The translations under genes and the position numbers were made by a program. Shown piece after piece: positions 10,510 through 19,620 of a DNA stretch of 64,000 bases (positions are counted from its first letter, which is position 1; each line of letters begins with the position of its first letter). Source of the stretch: Phycisphaerae bacterium. Lineage in GTDB: Bacteria > Planctomycetota > Phycisphaerae > UBA1845 > Fen-1342. The notes beneath the pieces are model-generated. The model worked only from the letters and a program-made list of their open reading frames with translations, had not been told where the DNA came from and did not search any database. Where the stretch lies: NCBI GenBank assembly GCA_963666925.2, contig CAXXTC010000007.1:256001-320000 (forward strand), read 5' to 3'.

Positions 10510-11982
10510 ATGCGCCCCAAGCTCCGTTTCCTCACCGACGACCTCATCCAACGCATCGTCAGCGAAGCCCGCGACGTCCTCGACCAGCTCGGCGTCGAGA
10601 TCAACAACCCGCAGGTCGTCGACCTCCTCGCCGACCACGGCGCCCGTGTAGATCGCGACCACAACCGCGTCCACATCCCGGCCGAACTGATCGACCGCGC
10701 ACTCCAGACCACACCCGCCAGCTTCACCCTGCACGACGTCTTCGGCGAACAGACCCACGACCTCGGCGGCGACCGTGTCCACTTCACCCCCGGCTCCGCT
10801 GCCATCAACTGGCTCGACCACCGCGCCGGCCAAATCCGCCCGGCAACCACCAGCGACTACGTCGACTACGTCAAGGTCGTCAGCGGCCTGCCGCACATCG
10901 CCTCACAGAGCACCGCCGTTATCCCCGCCGACGTCCACGAACGCATCTCCGACAGCTACCGCCTGTTCCTCAGCCTCATCTGGGGCACCAAACCCGTCGT
11001 CACCGGCGCGTTCACGGCCGAAGCATTCGACATCATGCGCGATCTCCAGCTCGCCATCCGCGGCAGCGAGGGAGCGCTGGCCGAACTCCCGCTCACCATC
11101 TTCTCCTGCTGTCCGACCGCGCCGCTCAAGTGGAGCCACGCCACCTCGCAGAACGTTTTCGACTGCGCCCGTTATAACATCCCGGTCGAATACATTTCCA
11201 TGCCCCTCACCGGCTTCGTCGCACCCGTCACGCTCGTCGGCGCGCTCGTTCAGCACACCGCCGAAACGCTCAGCGGCATCGTCATCACCCAGCACACCCG
11301 TCCCGGGGCCCCCGCGCTCTACGGCGGGTCGCCCGCCGCCTTCGACGTCCGCTACGAAACCACCCCAATGGGCGCCATCGAAACCATGATGATCGACTGC
11401 GCCTACAACGAGATCGGCAAGTCGCTCGGCCTGCCCACCCAGGCTTACATCGGCCTCAGCGACGCCAAACGCGTCGATGCCCAGGCTGGCGCCGAGGCCG
11501 CCAACGGCACCACACTCGCCGCCCTCGCTGGCATCAACAACATCTCCGGCCCCGGCATGATCGACTTCGAAAGCTGCCTCAGCCTCGAAAACCTCGTCCT
11601 CGACAACGAGCTGTGCGGAATGGCCCTGCGCATGCTTCGCGGCATCGAGCCACGCGACGATTTCCCCGCCATTCCACATTTCACCGAGCTGCTCCAGGAA
11701 GGCCACCTGCTGATCTCCGCCCACACGCGGAAACACCTGCGCACCGAGCACACTTTCCCCGGGCCGGTGATCGACCGCGCCAACCGCGCCCGCTGGCAGG
11801 AGGAGGGTGGCTTGCTGTTTGGCGACCGCGCCCGCCGCGAAGTCGACCGCCTCATCGCCGATTATCAACCCAGCGTTCTGCCCGACACCGTCAAAAGAGA
11901 CCTGGAACATCGTATGAGGGCCGAAGCGCGGCGCTTCGGCATGGACCAGTTGCCACACGAGAAGCTGTGCGTTCCGAGCTGA
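10510..11982 (+). CDS. Non-pyrrolysine trimethylamine methyltransferase (MttB superfamily)
   Basis: PVTLVGALVQHTAETLSG, PGAPALYGGS, MGAIE, IGLSDAKRVDAQAGAE (Leu at the Pyl-equivalent site), SLENLVLDNE; GGAGGAG RBS. Confidence 0.9.
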   Translation: MRPKLRFLTDDLIQRIVSEARDVLDQLGVEINNPQVVDLLADHGARVDRDHNRVHIPAELIDRALQTTPASFTLHDVFGEQTHDLGGDRVHFTPGSAAINWLDHRAGQIRPATTSDYVDYVKVVSGLPHIASQSTAVIPADVHERISDSYRLFLSLIWGTKPVVTGAFTAEAFDIMRDLQLAIRGSEGALAELPLTIFSCCPTAPLKWSHATSQNVFDCARYNIPVEYISMPLTGFVAPVTLVGALVQHTAETLSGIVITQHTRPGAPALYGGSPAAFDVRYETTPMGAIETMMIDCAYNEIGKSLGLPTQAYIGLSDAKRVDAQAGAEAANGTTLAALAGINNISGPGMIDFESCLSLENLVLDNELCGMALRMLRGIEPRDDFPAIPHFTELLQEGHLLISAHTRKHLRTEHTFPGPVIDRANRARWQEEGGLLFGDRARREVDRLIADYQPSVLPDTVKRDLEHRMRAEARRFGMDQLPHEKLCVPS

Positions 11983-12680
11983 CCTTCAATATCGCCGACG
12001 CCCGGCCCAACCAGGCCGACGTCCTTGCCCTCCAGGGTGTCCCCCGCGACCGCGCTGTCGACGACCGCACCGCGCGCCTCTTCACCGACGCGCTCGATCG
12101 GCTCAACTCGCTCGCCAAGCCGGCCGGCGTTTTGCTCGAAATCGACGAGCCCACTTTCGAGAACGTCTACCACGGCGCCGGCCACAATGCCGAGCGCACC
12201 CCCATCGGCGACATCTTCAGTCTCGCCGACGCCCTGGCGCTCTTCGCCGTAACGCTCGGCCCCGCCGTAACGGACGAGTTACGCGTCTGTTTCGACCGCG
12301 GCGCGCTCGCCCTAGGCGCCATGCTCGACGCCGCCGCCTCCTGCGCCGCCGACAATATCGCTACCCTCACCGAGCAGCGCTTCACGGACCTGCTGCGCGA
12401 CGGTGGCCGACTCACGCCCGACACCCGCGTGCTGGGCTACAGCCCCGGCTATTGCGGCTGGGACATTACCGCCCAGCGCCGTCTGTTCGCCACGCTCCAA
12501 CCCGAGCAGATCGGCATCCAGCTCGGCGAAACCTGCCTGATGGAACCCTTGAAATCGGTCAGCGGCGTGCTCGTCGCCGGCCCGACCCAGATACACGCGT
12601 TCGAGATGGTTTACCCCCAGTGCCGCACGTGCACGCAGCACAGTTGTCGCCAGCGCAACGGGCAGTCGCACGCCGGCTGA
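11967..12680 (+). CDS. Stand-alone B12-dependent methionine synthase activation-domain protein
   Basis: ALFAVTLG, YSPGYCGWDITAQ, IGIQL..CLMEPLKSVSG, and a C-terminal CxxCxxxxC. GTG start overlaps the mttB 3' end. Confidence 0.85.
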   Translation: MRSELTFNIADARPNQADVLALQGVPRDRAVDDRTARLFTDALDRLNSLAKPAGVLLEIDEPTFENVYHGAGHNAERTPIGDIFSLADALALFAVTLGPAVTDELRVCFDRGALALGAMLDAAASCAADNIATLTEQRFTDLLRDGGRLTPDTRVLGYSPGYCGWDITAQRRLFATLQPEQIGIQLGETCLMEPLKSVSGVLVAGPTQIHAFEMVYPQCRTCTQHSCRQRNGQSHAG

Positions 12681-12707
12681 CCTCGTGCCGACGCAGGAGT
12701 GATACAC

Positions 12708-13346
12708 ATGGAGATCCTGGATCAGATTTCCCAGCAGCTCATCGCCGGCGAGGACGCTCAGGTCGCACAGCTCACACAGCAAGCCGTCGACCAGGGAATC
12801 GCGCCGCGTCAAATCCTCGACCAGGGGCTGATCGCCGGCATGAACATCGTCGGCACGCAGTTCAAGAACCATGAGATTTTCCTGCCCGACGTGCTCGTCG
12901 CCGCACGCGCCATGTATGCCGGCATGGATATCCTCAAGCCGCTGCTGTTGCGCGACAACGTCCCCGCGCGCGGCAAGGTCGTCCTCGGCACTGTCGCGGG
13001 CGACCAGCACGATATCGGCAAGAACCTCGTCGGCATCATGCTCAAAGGCGCTGGCTTCGACGTGATCGACCTCGGCCACAATGTCCCCGCCGAGCAGTTC
13101 GTCGAGGCCGCTCGCACGCACGACGCCCCGCTCATCGGCATGTCCGCTCTGCTCACAACCACCATGCCCGCCATGCAACGCGTCGTCACCCTGTTGAAGG
13201 AGCAAGGGCTCGCCGGCCAGGTACGCACCATCGTCGGCGGTGCGCCCGTGTCGGAGGAATTCGCTCAGCAGATCGGCGCCGATGCCTACGGCTTCGATGC
13301 CGCCAGCGCCGTCGATCGCGTCAAGAGCCTGTTGGGAGTCGCCTGA
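12708..13346 (+). CDS. Methyltransferase corrinoid (cobalamin-binding) protein
   Basis: Cap domain GLIAGMNIVG..FLPDVLVAARAM; GDQHDIGKNLV (DxHxxG), MSALLTTTM, VGGAPV. Confidence 0.93.
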   Translation: MEILDQISQQLIAGEDAQVAQLTQQAVDQGIAPRQILDQGLIAGMNIVGTQFKNHEIFLPDVLVAARAMYAGMDILKPLLLRDNVPARGKVVLGTVAGDQHDIGKNLVGIMLKGAGFDVIDLGHNVPAEQFVEAARTHDAPLIGMSALLTTTMPAMQRVVTLLKEQGLAGQVRTIVGGAPVSEEFAQQIGADAYGFDAASAVDRVKSLLGVA

Positions 13347-13348
13347 CC

Positions 13349-14236
13349 ATGCAGCCCCTCCGCCAGCGACTGCAAGACCGCCGGCCGCTCGTTGGCGACG
13401 GCGCCCTGGGAACCATGCTGCTCGGGCATGGCCTGTTGCCCGGGCGCTGTCCGGAGGAACTCAGCCGCTCGCGACCCGAGCTGCTCACCGAAATCGCCCA
13501 GCAGTACATCGACGCCGGCGCCGATATCATCGAAACCAATACCTTCGGCGGCTCGCCGCTCAAGCTCGATTTTTCTGGCCTCGCTGATCAGACGGTGCAG
13601 ATCAATCAGGCCGCCGTCCACGCCGTCCGCGCCGCCGCCGACGGGCGGGCCTATGTCGCCGGCTCGTGCGGGCCCACCGGAAAGCTGCTCGAACCCTATG
13701 GCGACACGCCCCCCACGGTCATCGCCGACGCTTTCCGGGTTCAGATCGGGGCGCTGCTCGACGCCGGGGTCGACGCCATCTGCGTCGAGACCATGACCGA
13801 TTTGCACGAAGCTCGCCTCGCTGTCGAGGTCGCCCGCGAACTCGACCCGAATATCCCCGTCTTTGCCACCATGACTTTCGACCAGACCCCGCGCGGCTTC
13901 TTCACCATCATGGGCACCACCATCGAGCAAGCCGCCACCACCCTCGCCGATGCCGGCGCTACCGTTGTGGGCTCAAACTGCGGCCACGGCATCGGGCCCA
14001 TGATCGCCATCGCCAAACGTTTCATTGAAGTTACCTCGCTGCCCTGCCTCATCCAGGCCAACGCCGGCATGCCCGAGACCCGTGGCTCAGACGTCGTTTA
14101 TCCGGACGATCCCGATACTATGGCCCAACAGGCCCGCGAGCTGGTCAGGATGGGAGTCCGGATCATCGGCGGCTGTTGTGGCACCACGCCCGATCATATC
14201 CGCGCCTTGCGCACCATCGTTGCCGATGTGCGCTGA
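13349..14236 (+). CDS. Homocysteine S-methyltransferase domain protein (split MetH/Bmt-like)
   Basis: DGALGTML, AGADIIETNTFG, GSCGPTG, ETM, GSNCG, ANAGMP, IIGGCCGTTPDHI (Zn ligands). Confidence 0.93.
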   Translation: MQPLRQRLQDRRPLVGDGALGTMLLGHGLLPGRCPEELSRSRPELLTEIAQQYIDAGADIIETNTFGGSPLKLDFSGLADQTVQINQAAVHAVRAAADGRAYVAGSCGPTGKLLEPYGDTPPTVIADAFRVQIGALLDAGVDAICVETMTDLHEARLAVEVARELDPNIPVFATMTFDQTPRGFFTIMGTTIEQAATTLADAGATVVGSNCGHGIGPMIAIAKRFIEVTSLPCLIQANAGMPETRGSDVVYPDDPDTMAQQARELVRMGVRIIGGCCGTTPDHIRALRTIVADVR

Positions 14237-14346
14237 TCACTCTCATCAGCAGCAAAATAATACGTGACAAAAATCGCCAGATTCCGCCAGAATTCGCCAG
14301 CCGCCAACAGAGTTGCACAGTTGACCCTCTTGGGCCGATTTTTACG

Positions 14347-14374
14347 GTGACAACGCCGATCGGCGTGCTATATT
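14347..14374 (+). promoter_or_regulatory. Putative sigma70 promoter with a palindromic spacer
   Basis: GTGACA, 16 bp spacer, TATATT with upstream TG (extended -10). The spacer contains the perfect 14-bp palindrome ACGCCGATCGGCGT. Confidence 0.5.
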
Positions 14375-14576
14375 GGACATATGAGCAAGGAGGTCGCCGC
14401 GATCGGAAAAACCGATCCGGCGTTATCTGACCCCGGCGCATCGCGCTGTAGGCCGGGGTTCGATCCAGCCTCTCGAACGATGGGCTTGAGCAATCTGATG
14501 AAGCGCCAGTGGCCTATGACGACAGTCATGCCCAGACTCGTCGGCCACACAAGAGACTAACCAGTAAGGAGAAACA

Positions 14577-17369
14577 ATGTCTCTGTTGCCCCGCCTGTAC
14601 GGTATCTCTACCCGTATCATCCTGGCCGGCGCACTCGTCGCGCTGCTGCCAGCCGCTGTCGCGAATTCGTCCGCCGGCGATTTCGTGAGCCTCGTCTCCG
14701 ACACTGGCGATCAGATCGAGCTCGAGTTCGGCCTGAAGGACTTGGACCTCACGTCCGTTAACATCGACGGGCAGAAGTTCTCGCTCTACAAGATCTCCGG
14801 CGCGCCGTTCACCAAGGAGCTCGGCGCCCCCTGCGTGCCGCACGTCGCTAACAGCATCATCATCCCCGACGATGCCGCCATGACCCTCAGCGTAGATCTT
14901 GAGACGGCGCGCTATTACGACGTCACCGACGTCGACCTCGTGCCCTCCCGCGGCTACATCCCGCGTAGCATCAATCCCGACCAGGTGCCCTACGAGTTCG
15001 GCTCCGAGTATTCGCAGAACGCGTTCTATCCCGGCGAGCTGGCCACGCTCAGCGACCCCTACATCCTCCGCGACTACCGCGGCGCCGTGGTCGATGTCTT
15101 CCCCGTGCAGTACAACCCCGTTACCCGCACCCTGCGCGTCTATACCAACCTGACCATCACGGTCCAGCGCAGCGGGCCGGCCAAGATCAACCCGCTCGAT
15201 CGGCCACGCAGCGCCCGTGCCCTCAGCACCTCGTTCCACAACATCTACAACGGCCACTTCCTCAATTACACCCCGGACCAGCGCTACGATCCGATGGACG
15301 AGGACGGCGACATGCTGATCATCTGCTACGACAGTTGGCTCAGCAACATCCAATCGCTGGTCGATCACAAAAACGCCATCGGCATCACCACCACCGCCGT
15401 CGGCGTCAGCACGATCGGCAACAACTCAACATCGATCCAGAGCTATATCCAGTCGGTGTACAACAGCAGCGATCTGGCGTTTGTGCTGCTGGTGGGTGAC
15501 GCTTCCCAGGTGGCCACGCCCGAGCGCGCCGGCGGGGCGGCCGATCCGGATTACTCACTGCTCGCCGGTAGCGACAACTATCCTGACATCATCGTCGGAC
15601 GCTTCTCTGCCAGTAGCTCGTCAGAGGTCGACACCCAGGTGCTACGCACTATCGAGTACGAGGAGATGCCGGCTACTACCGCGGACTGGTTCTGGCGCGG
15701 CGTGGGCATCGCCTCGGATCAGGGCACCGGCGACGACGGCGAGACCGATGAGGAACATATCGAGAACATCCGCGACGACCTGCTGGGTTACGGCTACACC
15801 CTCGTGTCCCAGGTCTACGAAGCCTCGGGCGCTTCGGCCAGTGATATCAGCGCTGCCCTGAACGCCGGTCGCGGCATCATCAATTATTGTGGCCACGGCT
15901 CGGCGACGAGCTGGAGCACCACCGGCTACAGCAATAGCAATGTCAATAGCCTCGTCAACAACAACATGTTGCCGTTCGTCGTCAGCGTGGCTTGCAACAA
16001 CGGTGAGTTCGATAACTACAGCGCCTGTTTTGCCGAGTCCTGGCTGCGCGCTACCAACGGCAGCGAGCCGACCGGCGCGGCCTGCTTCTACGGCTCATCC
16101 ATCTCCCAGCCCTGGGATCCGCCGATGGAAGCGCAGGACGAAATCAACTACCTGTATGTCAACGAGTCCTACGTGACTTACGGCGCGCTGTGCTATGCCG
16201 GTTCGTGCTCGATGATGGATGAGTACACGGGCTCGGGTGACACGTGGGGCACCGGGCCGGCGACTTTTAACACCTGGATCATCTTCGGTGACCCGAGCTT
16301 GCGCGTGGTCGGCACGACGGCGCCGCCGACCGGTCTGAGCGTCAGCCCCAGCGGCGGGCTGGCGGCCGAGGGCAGCACCGGCGGGCCGTTCACGCCGAGC
16401 AGCGCGGACTACACCCTCGAAAACCAGAATACGACCGCGATCAGCTACGAAGTCACGAAGTCGGCGAGCTGGATCAGCGTCACCAACGCCTCCGGCGCGA
16501 TTCCTGGAGGCGGCAGTGTTGTCGTAACGGTCTCGATCAACTCGCAGGCGAACAGCCTCGGCAACGGGTACTACTCCGACACGGTGTACTTCAACAACCT
16601 GACCGACGGTGACGGCGATGCGACGCGGCTGGTCGAGTTGACCGTCGGCGTGCCGACGTTGCAGTACGAATGGAACATGGACACCAACCCCGGCTGGTCG
16701 ACCGAAGGGCAGTGGGCCTGGGGTCAGCCAACCGGCGGCGGCGGTGACCATGGCAACCCGGATCCAACCTCGGGCTACACCGGCAACTACGTGTACGGCT
16801 ACAACCTCAGTGGCGATTATGCCGGCAACATCTCCGAGTATGACCTGACGACCAACGCGATCGACTGTAGCGAACTGACCGACGTCAGTCTGAAGTTCTA
16901 TCGCTGGCTGGGCGTGGAACAGCCGTATTATGATCACGCTTACTTGCGTATCAGCAACGACGGATCGAGTTTCACGACGATCTGGGAGAACACCGCCGAG
17001 GTGGCGGACGACTCATGGGAGTTGCAGGAATTCGACATCTCGCAGTATGCCGATCAGGAGGCGACGGTCTACATCCAGTGGGTCATGGGTGAGGCCGACG
17101 GCTATTGGCATTATTGCGGCTGGAACGTTGACGACGTGGAGATCTGGGGTCTGGCGCCGGCGGAGCCCGAGTGGGATATGGGCGACATGAACTGCGACGG
17201 CCAGGTTAACTTTGACGACATCGACCCGTTTGTGCTGGCGCTGGTTGGTCAGAGCGAGTACGAGGCGGCGTGGCCGGCGTGCGAATGGATGAACGCCGAC
17301 GCAGACGATTCGGGCATCGTCAACTTTGATGACATCGACGGCTTTGTTGAGGCGTTGACCGGCGGTTGA
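14577..17369 (+). CDS. Gingipain-like C25 cysteine peptidase with propeptide, Ig/BACON-like and jelly-roll domains, and C-terminal dockerin-like domain
   Basis: Signal peptide; propeptide FYPGELA..ILRDYRG..PVQYNP; LLVGD, DIIVGRF, NYCGHGS (His), SVACNNG (Cys), IFGDPSL; GDMNCDGQVNFDDIDPF..ADADDSGIVNFDDIDGF. Confidence 0.9.
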   Translation: MSLLPRLYGISTRIILAGALVALLPAAVANSSAGDFVSLVSDTGDQIELEFGLKDLDLTSVNIDGQKFSLYKISGAPFTKELGAPCVPHVANSIIIPDDAAMTLSVDLETARYYDVTDVDLVPSRGYIPRSINPDQVPYEFGSEYSQNAFYPGELATLSDPYILRDYRGAVVDVFPVQYNPVTRTLRVYTNLTITVQRSGPAKINPLDRPRSARALSTSFHNIYNGHFLNYTPDQRYDPMDEDGDMLIICYDSWLSNIQSLVDHKNAIGITTTAVGVSTIGNNSTSIQSYIQSVYNSSDLAFVLLVGDASQVATPERAGGAADPDYSLLAGSDNYPDIIVGRFSASSSSEVDTQVLRTIEYEEMPATTADWFWRGVGIASDQGTGDDGETDEEHIENIRDDLLGYGYTLVSQVYEASGASASDISAALNAGRGIINYCGHGSATSWSTTGYSNSNVNSLVNNNMLPFVVSVACNNGEFDNYSACFAESWLRATNGSEPTGAACFYGSSISQPWDPPMEAQDEINYLYVNESYVTYGALCYAGSCSMMDEYTGSGDTWGTGPATFNTWIIFGDPSLRVVGTTAPPTGLSVSPSGGLAAEGSTGGPFTPSSADYTLENQNTTAISYEVTKSASWISVTNASGAIPGGGSVVVTVSINSQANSLGNGYYSDTVYFNNLTDGDGDATRLVELTVGVPTLQYEWNMDTNPGWSTEGQWAWGQPTGGGGDHGNPDPTSGYTGNYVYGYNLSGDYAGNISEYDLTTNAIDCSELTDVSLKFYRWLGVEQPYYDHAYLRISNDGSSFTTIWENTAEVADDSWELQEFDISQYADQEATVYIQWVMGEADGYWHYCGWNVDDVEIWGLAPAEPEWDMGDMNCDGQVNFDDIDPFVLALVGQSEYEAAWPACEWMNADADDSGIVNFDDIDGFVEALTGG

Positions 17370-17414
17370 TCAATATGATCGGTCATTAGGAACTGATTAG
17401 CATAGGTATAGCAT

Positions 17415-17457
17415 CAACGGTCCCGGCGGGCGAAGTGCTTGCCGGGGCCGTTGTTAT
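17415..17457 (+). terminator. Probable intrinsic terminator after the peptidase gene
   Basis: Stem CAACGGTCCCGGCGGGC / GCTTGCCGGGGCCGTTG followed by TTAT. Confidence 0.55.
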
Positions 17458-17503
17458 GCGCTGAGGACGGAGGTTGTGAGACAATATGCGCCGGAGTAGG
17501 CTC

Positions 17504-17526
17504 GGCGGGCGAGACGCCCGCCCCAC
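17504..17526 (-). repeat. Family A REP-like palindrome
   Basis: GGCGGGCGAGACGCCCGCCCCAC, exact reverse complement of 645-667. Confidence 0.8.
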
Positions 17527-17686
17527 TTGGGTTTCGGACGGTTGTTTCACGAGATCGTGTGCCCGGAGCCGGGATGGGGGCAAGATTTCTGTTGCGGTGG
17601 GGGTGCACGGCGGTGATAATGGGGTCACGGTGTCAATTGGCCGTTTGCGGACGCCAAGCGCCCCGCTGGGGTAGAGGGACAGATAC

Positions 17687-18616
17687 ATGAGAACGATCGA
17701 GCCTGCGTATCGGCACGAAGGCGGCGGCGCGACACGCGCCAAGCGTCGTGCGGCGACGTTGGTGGATGTGCTGGCGGTGGTTGGTGTGGTGGTGGTGCTG
17801 GCGCCGCTGGTGATGGCTTGTCTGGTTGATGAGCGTGAGGAGGCGCGGATCGGGCAGTGTCTGGCGAACCTGCGAACGCTGGGGGTGGCCAGTGAGATGT
17901 ACTTGGCGGATTGGGATGGGGAGTGTCCGCCGATTGTGAAGAGGATGGCGGGAGATTATCTGAGCGTAACGAATTGGTTCCATGGCGGGAAGACGAACGA
18001 CGATTACTGGCTGACCGACTCTGGTGGCGCTTTCTACCTTCCGGTTACAGAGCGGCCACTGAACCCGTACTTGCTGGGCGGCCGGGTGGAAGCGGATGTG
18101 ACCAGTGGTAATCAGGTGATCGAGCGCACCGAGGTCCCGGTGCTGGGATGTCCGGCTGACAGCCTGACGTACGAGAGGTCATATACTGGCGGCGTGTACG
18201 GGCCCTTGTACGGCCTGAGTACCTATGACGATGTTGGAACGAGTTATATCTTTAACCTGCAATCGCTCAGGGACACTAACGTTGACGAATGGGGCAACGA
18301 TGGTCAGGGCTGGGAGGAGTTATCACACGCGATCCTCGCCTCGACGGCCGAGATGCAGCCCGACTCTTTCATCTGGTATCTGGAAGGGCCGTTGGACTGG
18401 GCCTTGTATCAGCAGGAGTTGACGGTCGGCTTCCACGGCGAGTTGGGCCGACACTCGGTTATGTTTCGTGATGGGCATGCGGGCTATCAGTACATGGATT
18501 CGATGGAATGGTGCGGCCCAGGCTGGGAGGCCATCAATATCAATTGGCAGTATTCCCCAGGCACCCCCTTTGGGCCAATTCATTATGATCGCCTATCGAA
18601 GCGCTGCTGTCCGTGA
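17687..18616 (+). CDS. Planctomycete prepilin-like (DUF1559 / H-Xn-DG type) protein, paralog 1
   Basis: KRRAATLVDVLAVV hydrophobic N-terminus, CLANLRTLG..MY, CPAD, GTSY, FRDGHA. Confidence 0.8.
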   Translation: MRTIEPAYRHEGGGATRAKRRAATLVDVLAVVGVVVVLAPLVMACLVDEREEARIGQCLANLRTLGVASEMYLADWDGECPPIVKRMAGDYLSVTNWFHGGKTNDDYWLTDSGGAFYLPVTERPLNPYLLGGRVEADVTSGNQVIERTEVPVLGCPADSLTYERSYTGGVYGPLYGLSTYDDVGTSYIFNLQSLRDTNVDEWGNDGQGWEELSHAILASTAEMQPDSFIWYLEGPLDWALYQQELTVGFHGELGRHSVMFRDGHAGYQYMDSMEWCGPGWEAININWQYSPGTPFGPIHYDRLSKRCCP

Positions 18617-18649
18617 TGGCGTGACGTTTGCAATGACGGGAGATGTTTC

Positions 18650-19543
18650 ATGAGGTGTTCGCAAATTCGTCTGCGGCGCGCGGTGACGTTGATTGACGTG
18701 GTCGTATTGCTGGGCGTGGGGGCGCTGCTGGTGCCGCTGGTGGTGCCGTGCGTGATTAATGCGCAGGAGCAGGGCCGAATCGGGCAGTGCCTGGCGAACC
18801 TGCGAACGCTGGGGGTGGCGAATGACATGTACCTGGGGGATTGGGGTAATGAGTATCCAACCATCATAAACAGGGTGGAAGGAACGATCGGGTTTGCGTC
18901 ATGGTTTTACGGTGGGAAGACGACGGACGAGTACTGGTTGACGCCAGCGTCGGGCGTGTTCTATTCGCGGGCGGTGGATCGGCCGTTTAACCCCTATTTG
19001 CTGGGAGGACGTACGGAGCCCGACGTGATGATGGGGAACGAGGTGATCGGACGGACGGAGGTGCCGGTACTGGCTTGTCCGTCTGACGACATCACGCAAA
19101 TGCGGGCCTGGGACTTTACAGGTGAAGGCATCGTGCCAGGGCTGAGCACGTACGATGATGTGGGAACTAGCTACCACTGGAACTACCACGCGATAATGGA
19201 GACGAACATCGACGAGTGGGAAAACGATGGGAGTGGGTGGAAGATGCTGGTACGGAGCGTGCTCGCAGCCAGCGCACAGCGGCAGCCGGACTCATTCATC
19301 TGGTATATAGAAGGTCCGCTGGATTACGCAGCATACTACCAGGAGTCCGCGGTCGGCTTTCACGGCGAGATGGACACGCACTCGGTCGGATTTCGCGATG
19401 GCCATGCGGAGTATCGGTACATTGATCCGACGCGGTGGTGCGGGCCGGGGTGGGAGCTGTTATGCACGAGTTGGGTGCGTGAACCGGGCAGCCCGGAGCC
19501 GGCGATCTATTACTCGAACACGAGTAAGTCGTGCGTGCCTTAG
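18650..19543 (+). CDS. Prepilin-like protein, paralog 2
   Basis: RRAVTLIDVVVLL, CLANLRTLG, CPSD, GTSY, FRDGHA. Confidence 0.8.
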   Translation: MRCSQIRLRRAVTLIDVVVLLGVGALLVPLVVPCVINAQEQGRIGQCLANLRTLGVANDMYLGDWGNEYPTIINRVEGTIGFASWFYGGKTTDEYWLTPASGVFYSRAVDRPFNPYLLGGRTEPDVMMGNEVIGRTEVPVLACPSDDITQMRAWDFTGEGIVPGLSTYDDVGTSYHWNYHAIMETNIDEWENDGSGWKMLVRSVLAASAQRQPDSFIWYIEGPLDYAAYYQESAVGFHGEMDTHSVGFRDGHAEYRYIDPTRWCGPGWELLCTSWVREPGSPEPAIYYSNTSKSCVP

Positions 19544-19620
19544 GTGAGCAATCGCTGTGGCTGCGCTGGCAGCAATGTGATTCGGCGGCGTGAATGGATT
19601 TGCATGCAGGGAGATGTTTG

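Noticed and set aside
11440..11480. Pyrrolysine (TAG) readthrough in MttB
   Set aside because: The equivalent codon is CTC (Leu) and the ORF has no in-frame amber.
16000..17700. Replication origin at the skew switch
   Set aside because: No DnaA-box cluster, AT-rich unwinding element or dnaA/dnaN nearby, and the switch falls inside a coding gene.
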